From the IMG/VR virus record IMGVR_UViG_3300034105_002232: DNA of 64,000 nt; one strand, given 5' to 3'. The position numbers and the translations under genes are program-made. The stretch's first letter is position 1. Each line of letters begins with the position of its first letter. Origin of the DNA: a virus. The notes below the pieces were generated by a model that was not told where the DNA came from, did no database searches, and was given only the letters and a program-made list of their open reading frames with translations. Of the stretch, positions 10,602-21,550 are shown in pieces.

Positions 10602-11552
10602 ATGTCATATGCACAAGGTGGTTTGATTGAAGCCACAGATTATAACAACATTTTAGGAACAAACACAAGTACCAATACCAGCACAGTACATGCTGTATGG
10701 GCTTGGGGTGCAAACAGCAGAGGCTGGGGACAAACTGCACTTTCTAATGTATCTGTATCTTCTACCGTGACAGCCACTCAGTGGGCCAGCTTGGTAAACA
10801 CAATCAACAGTGCAAATACTCACATTAATGGAACAGGATCTGGACTTACTGCAAACACAGCTGGACAAATAATTGGATTCTCTGGAGGACTACAATCAAA
10901 AGTCAATGGGTTAAACACTGACAGAATGACATTTGCATCCAACTCTGCCACTATTACCAACCACAACGCACTGACTGCGTATGCAGCTTGGACTAGTACA
11001 ACAACTACCAGCACATTGACAAGATCATTTGGAGCCAACGTTGCATTTACTGGCGCAGACGCTGCTAGATTTTTCTTCAATGCAGGCGGCCGCTTAAAAT
11101 TCAATATCAGTGCCACAGCAGGCGCATCAGCAAGGTCTACTGCCGCTCTTAATATGGTAAACTATTTAGGTGGTATAGCACTATTTGCAGCAAATACTAA
11201 TGGAAGTCGTACTGGTACTGGTGGTACTTTAGGCACCAATCTTACCGGCCTTGGATATTACTCTTTGACCATAGCCAATACCACGGCAATTTCAGTTACT
11301 GGTGTCACTGCTAGTTATACCACTGATACTGGGTCAATTGCTGTAAGAACAAACGGAACAAGAGGCAGCTTCAATGACAACGGCGATATCGTCAGTTTCT
11401 GGGCCACGATCAACTCAACATCTGGTGCCAACGCAGGCGGCAGCTTTGATGATGATCTGAGTTTGACTCCGACTGTCACAGTAGATGTGTCATATCCTGA
11501 AGTTACTAACCTAGGCAACACCTGGGGTGCTGTTACAGTAACACGAGTATAA
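10602..11552 (+). CDS. Putative virion structural (tail-associated) protein
   Basis: T/G/N/S/A-rich 316 aa with ARFFFNAGG motif; SD AAGGA; end of the structural operon. Confidence 0.6.
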   Translation: MSYAQGGLIEATDYNNILGTNTSTNTSTVHAVWAWGANSRGWGQTALSNVSVSSTVTATQWASLVNTINSANTHINGTGSGLTANTAGQIIGFSGGLQSKVNGLNTDRMTFASNSATITNHNALTAYAAWTSTTTTSTLTRSFGANVAFTGADAARFFFNAGGRLKFNISATAGASARSTAALNMVNYLGGIALFAANTNGSRTGTGGTLGTNLTGLGYYSLTIANTTAISVTGVTASYTTDTGSIAVRTNGTRGSFNDNGDIVSFWATINSTSGANAGGSFDDDLSLTPTVTVDVSYPEVTNLGNTWGAVTVTRV

Positions 11553-11563
11553 TACCTAAAGTC

Positions 11564-11608
11564 TTTACAATTTATTCTGGTTAGCGTATAATAATACTCT
11601 AACCAGAA
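11564..11608 (+). promoter_or_regulatory. Sigma70-type promoter TTTACA-17-TATAAT with -10 box inside a 10-bp inverted repeat
   Basis: -35 at 11564-11569, -10 at 11587-11592; arms TTCTGGTTAG (11575-11584) and CTAACCAGAA (11599-11608). Confidence 0.7.
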
Positions 11609-11623
11609 CCTACATTTAATTCA

Positions 11624-11938
11624 ATGAGCAATATTAATCTTTTAGTTGATGAAATCCGGCTGGCAACGGATTATCAAATTAATAAACGAATCCTACGCGA
11701 AAAGATTCAGACTGACTTGCATTTAACTCACAACGGTGGGCTATTTAAAATAACACCGGAGCTACTTGGTTTTGTAAAAACATGGCCCGTGGATGAGATC
11801 TATCTGGAAGATGTTTACCAAAATCCTGTGCAAATTGACAAGCAAATTTTTCTTGTTACCGCACAACAACACTATCAACAAGTGATGAATCGTTGGCACA
11901 ACGAACATGAAGAACTTAAAAAGATCAGAAAAATCTAA
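11624..11938 (+). CDS. Hypothetical protein
   Basis: 104-aa ORF downstream of the promoter, overlapping the next gene. Confidence 0.7.
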   Translation: MSNINLLVDEIRLATDYQINKRILREKIQTDLHLTHNGGLFKITPELLGFVKTWPVDEIYLEDVYQNPVQIDKQIFLVTAQQHYQQVMNRWHNEHEELKKIRKI

Positions 11939-12692
11939 AGGTATTGTGGCATTTGCTAACAATACAGCTGAGGTAAACTATAAAAAAATTGCTCAACAAA
12001 CATTGAGCGTAGCCAGTCATGTGTTAAAATTGCCGTATACTGTAATATCATCTGATGATTCTGCGTTTGAAAATACAAGGTATGACATAGATACAGAACA
12101 GTTTACACAGTGGCGCAACAATGATAGATATCGTGCTTATGAACTGAGTCCTTATGATGAGACCCTGGTAATTGATGCGGACTATTTGGTACTGGATCGT
12201 AATTTGCTATCAATATTTGACCAACCCTGGGATTATTTGTTACAAAGGCACAGTCATTCATTGGTGCAGCCAATGCCGGCAGATATGGGTCCTAACAGTT
12301 TACCGTATGTATGGGCAACAGTTTTTGCATTTAGGAAAACGCCACGAGCACGATTGTTCTTTGAGTTGGTTGGACGAGTACAAAACAATTATGGATACTA
12401 CCAAGCTTTGTTTAACATGCAAGAAAGAAACTATCGCAATGATTATGCATTTGCAGTAGCAGATACTATCCTGAACGGATACGCCATTGGTACAAACAGT
12501 ATTCCTGGCATCATGCTCAACGTAGACCAAGTGATTGAGTCTATTACTGTCAATCAACATCAAGTAATTGTTAAAGATGCCAACAAAGCATACGTTGCGC
12601 CACGGACCAATCTGCATTTAATGGGCAAAGCCTATCTACAAAGTAGTAAGTTTCAACAACTGGTGGAACAGTTAGTCAATGAGCCAACATAA
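11907..12692 (+). CDS. GT-A-fold glycosyltransferase-like protein
   Basis: SPYDETLVIDADY (DxD), YRNDYAF, LHLMGK; paralogue of the 12679 ORF. Confidence 0.65.
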   Translation: MKNLKRSEKSKGIVAFANNTAEVNYKKIAQQTLSVASHVLKLPYTVISSDDSAFENTRYDIDTEQFTQWRNNDRYRAYELSPYDETLVIDADYLVLDRNLLSIFDQPWDYLLQRHSHSLVQPMPADMGPNSLPYVWATVFAFRKTPRARLFFELVGRVQNNYGYYQALFNMQERNYRNDYAFAVADTILNGYAIGTNSIPGIMLNVDQVIESITVNQHQVIVKDANKAYVAPRTNLHLMGKAYLQSSKFQQLVEQLVNEPT

Positions 12693-13521
12693 AGAACAAC
12701 AAGGATTTGTTACTATTGCAGCCAACACTGCCAAGACTGATTATCTCCGACTTGCCTACTTGCAGGCATTGAATGTCAAAGCGACTCAAAAGATCAATAA
12801 GTTTGCAGTCATTGTTGATGCTGCTACTGCAACTCAAGTGCAGGACTATCATCGCACAGTGTTCGATTATGTAATTGAAGTACCCAGCAGTGTCACTGGT
12901 CCGTTTGGATTAGAGCCACTGGCATTTTGGTCAACACCCTTTAAAGAAACTATCAAATTAGAAAGCGATTTACTGTTCACTAGAAGTGTGGACCATTGGT
13001 GGACAACTTTTAGATTGCGTGACATTGTCATGAGTACTGGATGTCAGACTTACCAACAGCAGCCGGCTGGTAGCCGGCGTTATAGAAAATTGTTTGACGA
13101 CAATCACTTACCAGATGTGTATACTGGACTGATGTATTTTAGGTTTAGTCAAACTGCTGCTAATTTTTTTAGAACAGCAAAACAGGTATTTGAACAATGG
13201 CCCACAGTGAGAAACTTGTTGCTAGGTTGCAACGATCAATATGCTACCACTGATGTTGCATATGCCATTACTGCCAATATAATAGGCCCAGAATTGTGCA
13301 CCGTGCCCAGTGCAGATTTTGTAAATTTTGTACACATGAAACCCAGCATAAACGGATACGACGAAACAGCGTCGTTCCAAGATGTTTATGTGACTGAATT
13401 TGATCAGGGCATGATCAGAATTAACAATATCAACCAATACCATCCTGTACACTACCATGATAAGAATTTTGCAACGGAGGCGCTGATTGACCACTTTAGA
13501 TCCTTGGCAAGAGTTCGTTAA
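12679..13521 (+). CDS. GT-A-fold glycosyltransferase-like protein
   Basis: TPFKETIKLESDLL (ExD variant), VYTGLMYF, TTDVAY, FVHMK, VHYHDK. Confidence 0.6.
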   Translation: MSQHKEQQGFVTIAANTAKTDYLRLAYLQALNVKATQKINKFAVIVDAATATQVQDYHRTVFDYVIEVPSSVTGPFGLEPLAFWSTPFKETIKLESDLLFTRSVDHWWTTFRLRDIVMSTGCQTYQQQPAGSRRYRKLFDDNHLPDVYTGLMYFRFSQTAANFFRTAKQVFEQWPTVRNLLLGCNDQYATTDVAYAITANIIGPELCTVPSADFVNFVHMKPSINGYDETASFQDVYVTEFDQGMIRINNINQYHPVHYHDKNFATEALIDHFRSLARVR

Positions 13522-13870
13522 AGCATTTGAGTTAGTTGCTGAGTACGACCGGCAACGTCCTGTTATTGTAAAAGAATACAGATTATACTATAACAATGAT
13601 GGGTCTGTTATTGGTCTTTGGGAAAGCCATCATCCCGAAGGCAGCAATTATATTGTGTTAACAGACCCAGATATATTTCACAGAACACCAACCAATCTGA
13701 TACAAGTGGTTAACAACGAATTAAAAGTACTTGACCCACAACCGGTTCATCGTGTAAAATTAACAAAAGCCAATGCCGGCCAACGTGTGGTAAAAGGTCA
13801 TGCAGCACTGGCACTAACAATCAAAGAAGAATACTCACAGACAGAATATTATGGCCGAACGAATACTTGA
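13487..13870 (+). CDS. Hypothetical protein
   Basis: 127-aa ORF overlapping both neighbours. Confidence 0.6.
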   Translation: MTTLDPWQEFVKAFELVAEYDRQRPVIVKEYRLYYNNDGSVIGLWESHHPEGSNYIVLTDPDIFHRTPTNLIQVVNNELKVLDPQPVHRVKLTKANAGQRVVKGHAALALTIKEEYSQTEYYGRTNT

Positions 13871-14780
13871 TGTAGCAGATTTAGATTGTATCTTCCTTAC
13901 CTACGACGAACCCAAAAAAGAAGAGTTTTGGATCAAGATACAAAACATGACGCCTTGGGCAAAACGTGTCGATGGAGTCAAAGGCAGCGATGCCGCGCAC
14001 AAAGCTGCGGCAGCAGCCAGCGATACAGAATGGTTTGTGTTAATTGACGGGGATAATCTGCCTGATGCTGCCTTCTTTAATCTACAATTAAAGATTAAAC
14101 CAGAACAAGAAGGTGGCGCATTCAGATGGAAGGCACGCAATATTATCAATGGCCTGCGCTATGGTAACGGTGGACTAAGTTGTTGGAGTCGCGAATTTGT
14201 AAACAACATGCGCACACACGAGGCCAGCAATGGCAGTGACGAAACTGCTGTGGAGTTTTGTTTTGACCCAAAGTACTTTGCCATGCACAACTGTTACAGT
14301 ACAACATACCCCAATGGCAGTGCCAAACAGGCCTGGCGAGCAGGATTTAGAGAAGGGGTCAAGATGTGTCTGGATCGTGGCTCCAGAATCACCCTAGAAG
14401 AATTTAAAGATAGGGTCAATGGTCGTAATTACGACCACTTGTGTATTTGGCAAAGTGTGGGTGCTGATGTGGAAAATGGTCATTGGGCCATGTATGGTGC
14501 TAGACTGGGTGCATTCATGATCATGTTAGAAGGATGGGACCACAAGTACGTACAAGATTTTGACATGCTGGAACAGTTGTGGGATATGTTCAGCAAAGAG
14601 GATCCCAAAGAAGGGTGTAAGCAGATTGAAGAGTCATTAACCAAGCGACTTGGTTTACCCATTGTTATATATACGTCAGAACAGAGTCGTTTCTTCAAAC
14701 ACCATTACAGTACTGGTCAACGTAACAGTGAGATTATGATGACAGAAATTGACGTTATTAGAAAGATCGAAGGATGGTAG
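13851..14780 (+). CDS. GT-A (GT2-like) glycosyltransferase
   Basis: DCIFLTYDEP, RVDGVKGSDAAHKAAA, WFVLIDGDN (DxD), YGNGG, AWRAGFREGVK. Confidence 0.7.
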   Translation: MAERILDVADLDCIFLTYDEPKKEEFWIKIQNMTPWAKRVDGVKGSDAAHKAAAAASDTEWFVLIDGDNLPDAAFFNLQLKIKPEQEGGAFRWKARNIINGLRYGNGGLSCWSREFVNNMRTHEASNGSDETAVEFCFDPKYFAMHNCYSTTYPNGSAKQAWRAGFREGVKMCLDRGSRITLEEFKDRVNGRNYDHLCIWQSVGADVENGHWAMYGARLGAFMIMLEGWDHKYVQDFDMLEQLWDMFSKEDPKEGCKQIEESLTKRLGLPIVIYTSEQSRFFKHHYSTGQRNSEIMMTEIDVIRKIEGW

Positions 14781-14804
14781 TGTTAACTAATAGTGAGTAA
14801 ATAA

Positions 14805-15758
14805 ATGAATACATTTGTTTTAATTACAACAAACGATAAGATTTGGAACATTAAAGAATTTTATTCTTTTCTATTAGATAATCAGAATAAATCAATAAAA
14901 ATTATTCTTAACCCAGAAGCTGCATGCTTAGAATATTTGCAAGTATATGATATTTTAGACAAATTTTCTTTTCAATCAGTAACAATTAACACCTCAAATC
15001 TATTAGAACGTCATAATTTTTATAAAATTGCAATCAATAAACCATATTATTATGCAGAGGAGATTCCACGTCATGTAGAAAATTTATTTCATTCTTGGAA
15101 TGGTAAAAAAATTTTTTTGTGTCTTTACGGAAGGCCCTCGGCCAATAGACTAGGTTTTATTTCTTATTTAAATAGGCATCATCAAAATCTGGCTCATTTA
15201 TCCTGTCACGGCAATTCTTTTAACGATGTGGATCGTACTTTTTTTGAACTAGAAAAACTATATCGATACCGTGCAGAATCATTGGTTGATTTTGGGGAAA
15301 TTGCAACTAATTTTCCGTTATTACTCAACAAAGCGTCTAAGTATTCTAATATTGTATATGATTATGCTGATACCATAATAACATTTTACAAGGATATTTT
15401 TGTTGATTTAGTTAGCGAAACTTTCTTAGAAGGAAATGTTTTTTTTCCTACTGAAAAAACATTTAGGCCCATGCTACTAAAAAAACCTTTTATAATTATG
15501 GGACCAAAAAATTATATGATATATTTGCGACAAATGGGCTTTCAAACTTTTTATGAATATTGGGACGAAGATTACGACGGGTATAGTCCTAGTATTAAAT
15601 TTAAAAAAATTCTAGATGTAATTAATAATCTGTCAGGCAAGTCCGTAGATGAACTAGTTAATATGTACGAGTCAATGCAAAATATACTTGACCATAATTA
15701 TAATTTAATAACATCTAATAGCTTTCAGCGCAAAATAAGGTTAGTTAATGACAAGTAA
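14805..15758 (+). CDS. TEK(T/I)-motif protein, putative GT-B-like glycosyltransferase (AT-rich)
   Basis: FLCLYGRPSANR...DLVSET...FPTEKTFRPMLLKKPFIIMG...LRQMGFQTF..YWDEDYD; paralogues at 17134, 29020 and 58671. Confidence 0.55.
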   Translation: MNTFVLITTNDKIWNIKEFYSFLLDNQNKSIKIILNPEAACLEYLQVYDILDKFSFQSVTINTSNLLERHNFYKIAINKPYYYAEEIPRHVENLFHSWNGKKIFLCLYGRPSANRLGFISYLNRHHQNLAHLSCHGNSFNDVDRTFFELEKLYRYRAESLVDFGEIATNFPLLLNKASKYSNIVYDYADTIITFYKDIFVDLVSETFLEGNVFFPTEKTFRPMLLKKPFIIMGPKNYMIYLRQMGFQTFYEYWDEDYDGYSPSIKFKKILDVINNLSGKSVDELVNMYESMQNILDHNYNLITSNSFQRKIRLVNDK

Positions 15759-17133
15759 AAGTGACTTTATGTCTGCAGCAGAGCAGATGAAGCAAAAACT
15801 AGGCAAAGGCACCTGCTTGGCCAAATGGCAGCAAGTGAGTTTGCACCTGACAACCGGTCTTAATAACAGTTGTTACCATCCACCGTTGCACGAAATAGAT
15901 GCTGCGCTATTAAAAGATAATCCTGGTGCGTTACACAACACCGCGCATAAAAAAGAGCAGCGTAAAATTATGTTACGCAATGAGCGTCCACAAGAATGCA
16001 GTTATTGTTGGAACATGGAAGATCTAGGCCAGTTAAGCGATAGGCATTATCGTAGTGGCGAGCCCTGGGCAGCTGAACACTTTGATGCAATCACAAACTC
16101 AACAGGAGATGAAGATGCTGTTCCTTCCTATGTGGAAGTTAATTTTAATCATGCTTGCAACCTTCGCTGTAGTTACTGCAGTCCGCAGTTTAGTTCATCG
16201 TGGGAAGACGAAATCCAGCGATGGGGAGCCTACCCTACTAGCGAACCTCATAATGACCCGAGCCATTTTAATGGTCGTCGCAAGCCTATACCTGTTCGTG
16301 CTGACAACCCCTATGTAGATGCATTTTGGGAATGGTGGCCCACTCTCTATCCAAAACTAAAACATTTTAGGATGACTGGTGGCGAGCCATTAATGGATCG
16401 TAATACCTTCAAAGTATTTGATTATGTGTTGGCTTTTCCTAATCCTGAACTGCACATTGATGTTACCAGTAACTTTAGTGTAGACGAAAAGTTATGGCAA
16501 AAATATTTTGAGTACGTGTCCAAGTTATGCAATACACAAATTGAACACTTCATGCAGTATGTTAGTTTGGATTCTGGCATCAGGCAGCATGCCGAGTATA
16601 TTCGACATGGTATGGACTTTAATCGGGTACTAGCAAGAGTTGAATTTTTCTTAAGGCACATTCCGCACTGTAATAGTTTGACATTTATTATTACCATGAA
16701 TAATCTAAGTGTGTTGGGATTAAAACAACAACTAGAAATTATTCTGGCTTTGCGGAGATATCACAGTACAACATACCAACGTGTATGGTTTGATACTCCG
16801 CTGTTACGTACTCCGTCATGGCAGAGTCTACAGATACTTCCACCGGTGTATGCACAAAGATTAACCGACGTAGCAGACTGGATGGAAGCTAATTTAGAAA
16901 CAGCAGATCGCCCATTCCAAGGATTTAAGGATTACGAAGTGCAACGCATGCGCCGCACTATAGATTGGATGCAAGAAGGTAGCAATTTGGATCCTGACTA
17001 TGTTACACTACAACGTGCTGATTTTTATAGATTCTTCAACGAACACGACAAACGTAGGAACACCAACTTTACAGAAACATTTCCAGAAATGCGAGAGTTC
17101 TGGAACGAATGTCGATACCATGCACAAAATTAA
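15748..17133 (+). CDS. Radical SAM protein with N-terminal Twitch/SPASM-like Cys cluster
   Basis: CNLRCSYC, TGGEP; N-terminal CLAKW..SCYH..CSYCW. Confidence 0.9.
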   Translation: MTSKSDFMSAAEQMKQKLGKGTCLAKWQQVSLHLTTGLNNSCYHPPLHEIDAALLKDNPGALHNTAHKKEQRKIMLRNERPQECSYCWNMEDLGQLSDRHYRSGEPWAAEHFDAITNSTGDEDAVPSYVEVNFNHACNLRCSYCSPQFSSSWEDEIQRWGAYPTSEPHNDPSHFNGRRKPIPVRADNPYVDAFWEWWPTLYPKLKHFRMTGGEPLMDRNTFKVFDYVLAFPNPELHIDVTSNFSVDEKLWQKYFEYVSKLCNTQIEHFMQYVSLDSGIRQHAEYIRHGMDFNRVLARVEFFLRHIPHCNSLTFIITMNNLSVLGLKQQLEIILALRRYHSTTYQRVWFDTPLLRTPSWQSLQILPPVYAQRLTDVADWMEANLETADRPFQGFKDYEVQRMRRTIDWMQEGSNLDPDYVTLQRADFYRFFNEHDKRRNTNFTETFPEMREFWNECRYHAQN

Positions 17134-18168
17134 ATGACAACATATTTTATTGGAACAACATTTGGGACTAATAGCCAATGGCACACCAACGAAGTGCTGG
17201 CTATTGATCACTTAAAGGCACAGATTAATAAAAAATTTCCTACAGCAGAGAATTTAATAATTAATACAACTTGGTTTGGTCCGCAATTTGACAACGGGCA
17301 ATATAAAAAATTAAACAAATTTGAGCATATTGATAATTTGTTTTTTATTACATTAGTTGATGAAATAATGTTAACTCATGATCAAATTGAGAACATTAGA
17401 AAAAAATTTAATGCCTCTCTTTTTTTAATAGGAAATTATGATTCTCCGTATGAAGTTAGTTTTATTTCAACAGTAATACCGGACTATTTTAAAGATTATA
17501 ATGACGCAGATTTATTAATAAAAGACATAAAGTACTTGTACCTTTGTTATAATCGTAAGCCAAGGGAACACCGAGTTAAGCTAGTGAAACAGTTGATTGA
17601 CTATGACTTGGTCAGACACGGTCTTGTTACATTAGGTAAAAACGATAAATTGTATAGCAAAGTTGAATATGCACCAAGTTTTCTATTGGGTGAACAGCCG
17701 GATGATTTTGCCAATGAGGGAAACTGGGGGATGGCAATGTCGTACGGAATACCCCACGACATACACAGTCTTGGGAACATGGACATATGGCAAAATCACT
17801 TTTTAAATATAATCAGCGAAACTACATTTAATCCCTGGGATCATACGTTTGTGACAGAAAAAACATGGAAGCCCATAATTGGATTGAGACCGTTTATCAT
17901 TAATGGATCATCCAAGTTATACTTGTGGCTAAGAAATCGGGGATTTAGAACTTTTGAGAAATACTTTAACAATATTCTAATAGAAGATATCCCCGAATAT
18001 GAAGTTCATAATTCAATTATAAAAGTTGTACAACACCTTGCTAGTCTTGATAAACACAAATTGATGAATATGTACAATGACATGTTGCCAGATCTAATGT
18101 ATAATAGAACTCGTTTTTTAGAATTTTCTAAAGAGCAAAAGATTAAACTAACAAATTTATTTACATGA
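17134..18168 (+). CDS. TEK(T/I)-motif GT-like protein
   Basis: YLCYNRKPREHR...NIISET...VTEKTWKPIIGLRPFII.G...LRNRGFRTF. Confidence 0.55.
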   Translation: MTTYFIGTTFGTNSQWHTNEVLAIDHLKAQINKKFPTAENLIINTTWFGPQFDNGQYKKLNKFEHIDNLFFITLVDEIMLTHDQIENIRKKFNASLFLIGNYDSPYEVSFISTVIPDYFKDYNDADLLIKDIKYLYLCYNRKPREHRVKLVKQLIDYDLVRHGLVTLGKNDKLYSKVEYAPSFLLGEQPDDFANEGNWGMAMSYGIPHDIHSLGNMDIWQNHFLNIISETTFNPWDHTFVTEKTWKPIIGLRPFIINGSSKLYLWLRNRGFRTFEKYFNNILIEDIPEYEVHNSIIKVVQHLASLDKHKLMNMYNDMLPDLMYNRTRFLEFSKEQKIKLTNLFT

Positions 18169-18821
18169 ACAAGTACATGGTATATTGTTGTGCAGGCACA
18201 GGCGGATTATTTTTGACTTCGGTGATAGCTAATTTTTTAGGAATGACAGTAAAACCAAATTTTTCTAGCACCGGACATAGTCATGACCAAGGCTACGGTA
18301 ACTGGAAAGGTGCCAACCGTGTTGTTAATTTTATTGGTGATTATTGGAGCAATCTTCGGCGCGGCTACCCAATTTTTAATGCACATTACGGACCTATTAG
18401 AGATTTTAAGAAGTCGCAAAAAAATTTAAAAGTCATTAGTATCAAGATGTATCCCGATGATTATTATGATGTAACTAAACTCTTTGTTTGCAAAGCTTGG
18501 CCCGACATATTAACAGAGCAAGAATATGCAAATCAAAAAGGTGTTGATTGGCCGGACTATAGCACTAATATAATTGCTGAATCAGAAATAGTAAGGACAG
18601 ACCTAATCAATCACTTATTATTAAAGATTACGGACTGGGACAAAAATTATGACAGAGAAGTAGTTGATTACAATATTAATTTTAAAACAGTGATGGGATT
18701 AGATAATGCATCACTGGCAGATACAGTTTCTGATATTTTACAAAAACCTGTAACAGATGAGATACAAAAATTAATTAATGAGTATCAGCAGTTGAATAAA
18801 AGATTGTACTTTAATAGTTAA
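18165..18821 (+). CDS. Hypothetical protein, possible sulfotransferase-like fold
   Basis: N-terminal YCCAGTGGLFLTSVI resembles the 34330 ORF (HFAPGARGDFLSSVL); contains GVDWPDY. Confidence 0.45.
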   Translation: MNKYMVYCCAGTGGLFLTSVIANFLGMTVKPNFSSTGHSHDQGYGNWKGANRVVNFIGDYWSNLRRGYPIFNAHYGPIRDFKKSQKNLKVISIKMYPDDYYDVTKLFVCKAWPDILTEQEYANQKGVDWPDYSTNIIAESEIVRTDLINHLLLKITDWDKNYDREVVDYNINFKTVMGLDNASLADTVSDILQKPVTDEIQKLINEYQQLNKRLYFNS

Positions 18822-18857
18822 CCACTTGTTTTATATTCTAACATAAAAAATTTTAAA

Positions 18858-20210
18858 ATGTCAAGACTTAATAACGAAACATATCTAGAGTATAAGCACA
18901 GAATAATTGACATCAAGTCAGACAGTTTCTGTGGAGCAAAATGGTATAACGCTACTATATGGTTAGGCAGCGGCATGACCACAAGTTGCCATCATCCATT
19001 GCCACATGCAATTGATATTGAGAAAATAAAAACAAACCCCAGTGCATTACACAATACTGATCAAAAGAAATCAGAACGTGCTCAGATGCAAAAAGGACAC
19101 AGACCTTCTGGCTGCGAATACTGCTGGAAAATAGAAGACATTGGGCGCGACAACATCAGTGATCGGGTGTACAAAACAATAATTTATTCTGATCAGGATC
19201 TAGATCGTGCATACAACACTAACCCAATCAACGATGTTAATCTTCGCACTCTTGAAATCAGTTTTGATCGTACTTGTCAGTTCGCTTGCAGTTATTGCAA
19301 TCCTGCATTCAGTAGTACTTGGGTTCGAGATATCAACACCAACGGACCCTACATTAACTTGATTTCAGACGGCAGGAATCATTTTACTCACACTCATGAC
19401 AGTGCTCAACTGTATAAATTTGGTGAAACTAACCCATATGTGGAGGCATTCTTTGCGTGGTGGGAAAGCGACCTCCATAACACACTAGACGAACTACGCA
19501 TCACTGGCGGTGAGCCTTTGCTGTCAGGATACACCTGGCAACTGTTAGATTGGTTCAAGAACAACAAAGGCAAAAGTAAAACTCGTCTGGCCATCAACAG
19601 CAACCTTGGTACACAGGTAGATGTGGTCCGATTGTTTGACAGCGTAGACCAACCCATTGACATATATACCAGTAACGAAGCAACAGGATTACAAGCTGAA
19701 TATGTACGAGATGGCTTGGTATGGGACGACTGGGCAAACAAAGTAGAACTGATTTTAAATAACCACCAGTCCAAGTTGCGCGGCTTGCACGTCATGTGTA
19801 CTATCAATGCATTATGCCTGGACAGTTTGGTAGACTTTCTTGAGTGTGTAGTAAATTGGAAACTAGAATACGGACGAGATGCTGTTAATATCTCACTAAA
19901 TATATTACGCTTTCCAAGTTTTCAATCTGCATTAGTATTGCCTGACCAGTTACGGACCCGATACAAAGATCAACTGTCACAGTTTATGGCCATGCATGAA
20001 GGTCACAGCTACCTTCATGAACATGAGTGGAACCAATTGCAGCGTTTAGTTGATTATTTAGATGTGGTTAAAACTCCGCACAGCGAAGCATTTGATTTAC
20101 CCAAGTTACGCAATGACTTCAAACAGTTCTATCAACAATACGATCAACGTCGTAATAAAAATTTCATACAAACATTTCCTGCATTAGCAAATTGGTACAA
20201 TACATTATGA
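18858..20210 (+). CDS. Radical SAM protein with N-terminal Twitch/SPASM-like cluster
   Basis: CQFACSYC, TGGEP; CGAKW..SCHH..CEYCW; close paralogue of 15748. Confidence 0.9.
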   Translation: MSRLNNETYLEYKHRIIDIKSDSFCGAKWYNATIWLGSGMTTSCHHPLPHAIDIEKIKTNPSALHNTDQKKSERAQMQKGHRPSGCEYCWKIEDIGRDNISDRVYKTIIYSDQDLDRAYNTNPINDVNLRTLEISFDRTCQFACSYCNPAFSSTWVRDINTNGPYINLISDGRNHFTHTHDSAQLYKFGETNPYVEAFFAWWESDLHNTLDELRITGGEPLLSGYTWQLLDWFKNNKGKSKTRLAINSNLGTQVDVVRLFDSVDQPIDIYTSNEATGLQAEYVRDGLVWDDWANKVELILNNHQSKLRGLHVMCTINALCLDSLVDFLECVVNWKLEYGRDAVNISLNILRFPSFQSALVLPDQLRTRYKDQLSQFMAMHEGHSYLHEHEWNQLQRLVDYLDVVKTPHSEAFDLPKLRNDFKQFYQQYDQRRNKNFIQTFPALANWYNTL

Positions 20211-21550
20211 GTGATGACAAAGTAGTTGGATTTTACAAAAAAGGATATGATTATAGTGCCAGCGCCCCGTATTTTGCTGGCCGCGAAGATTTTACAGACA
20301 AGCAATGGCAGCGGTTGACAGAAAGTGACAACTTTTGTATGTTACCATGGATGCACATGCATGCGTTTCCGGATGGTCGAGTATATCCTTGTTGTCTAGC
20401 AGAGTACTGGCATCCAATTGGGGACTTGCGTAAAAACACCATGGAGGAGGTATGGAATCAAGATGCCTACAAGGAACTACGTGTAAACATGCTGCAGGAT
20501 CAGCCTAGCAAGCAATGTACTAAATGCTACGAGTTAGAAAAGAACGGCGCATTTAGCATGCGTAATGACAGCAATAGGAATTACGGACATTTAATACATG
20601 AAGTAGAACATACACATGACGATGGCACTAATCCAGATTTTAAAATTAGATATTGGGATGTAAGATTTTCCAACCTATGTAATTTTAGCTGCCGTACTTG
20701 CGGTCCTATCTTCAGTAGTAATTGGTTTAACGATCATGTAAAGTTATACAATCGCGTCCCCGATGTCCTTGGGCGCGATATGGCCAGGGTCGAATACACT
20801 GCTGGCAGCGAAGATTCCATGATTGAACAAATGTTACCACACATACCTTATCTTGAACAGGTATACTTTGCCGGCGGCGAACCTCTTATCATGAAAGAGC
20901 ATTACTTTCTATTAGAAAAGCTAATTGAGGCAGGCAAAACTGATGTTCGTATTCAGTATAACACAAATTTTAGCGAACTGGCATACAAGGACAAACATGT
21001 GTTTGAATATTGGAAACACTTTAAGAATGTCAGCGTAGGCGCCAGCCTAGATGGTATGAGTCAGCAAGCTGAACTGATACGCAAAGGAACCAATTGGACG
21101 CAGACTGTTAATAATAGAGAACAAATGATCACAGAAGTACCACATGTTGATTTCTATGTTAGTAGCACTGTTAGTGCATTAAACGTGTTGCATGTGTTAG
21201 ATTTTCATAAAGAATGGACACGCCTGGGATTGATCAATGCCAAAGATTGGAACGTTAATGTCTGTCAGAGTCCCGAATGGTATCGAACTGATATATTTCC
21301 TGAAAAATTCAAACAAGAGGTAATATTCCCGGCATATGACGAACATATTGCCTGGATAGATCCACAGGACACATTGCGTAGGGCAACCAATGGATTTCAG
21401 AGTTTAAAAAACATGATGATGAGTAGCACTCAGGACAAATACTGGCCTCGCTTTGTAGAAGAATGCAATAAACTAGATAAAGTCAGAAACGAAGATGTGT
21501 GGGCTACATTTCCCGAACTTGCAGAACTAAGATACTATGACCCTACCTAA
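20207..21550 (+). CDS. Radical SAM protein with N-terminal Twitch/SPASM-like cluster
   Basis: CNFSCRTC, AGGEP; CMLPW...DGRVYPCC...IGDL...CTKC; start ATG 20207 (ATGA overlap). Confidence 0.9.
   Translation: MSDDKVVGFYKKGYDYSASAPYFAGREDFTDKQWQRLTESDNFCMLPWMHMHAFPDGRVYPCCLAEYWHPIGDLRKNTMEEVWNQDAYKELRVNMLQDQPSKQCTKCYELEKNGAFSMRNDSNRNYGHLIHEVEHTHDDGTNPDFKIRYWDVRFSNLCNFSCRTCGPIFSSNWFNDHVKLYNRVPDVLGRDMARVEYTAGSEDSMIEQMLPHIPYLEQVYFAGGEPLIMKEHYFLLEKLIEAGKTDVRIQYNTNFSELAYKDKHVFEYWKHFKNVSVGASLDGMSQQAELIRKGTNWTQTVNNREQMITEVPHVDFYVSSTVSALNVLHVLDFHKEWTRLGLINAKDWNVNVCQSPEWYRTDIFPEKFKQEVIFPAYDEHIAWIDPQDTLRRATNGFQSLKNMMMSSTQDKYWPRFVEECNKLDKVRNEDVWATFPELAELRYYDPT

Noticed and set aside
59-11521. Many antisense ORFs over structural genes (e.g. 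59-427, 8132-8479, 9234-9578)
   Set aside because: They are shadow ORFs from the codon bias of Gly/Thr/Ala-rich sense genes, with no SD or recognisable motifs.
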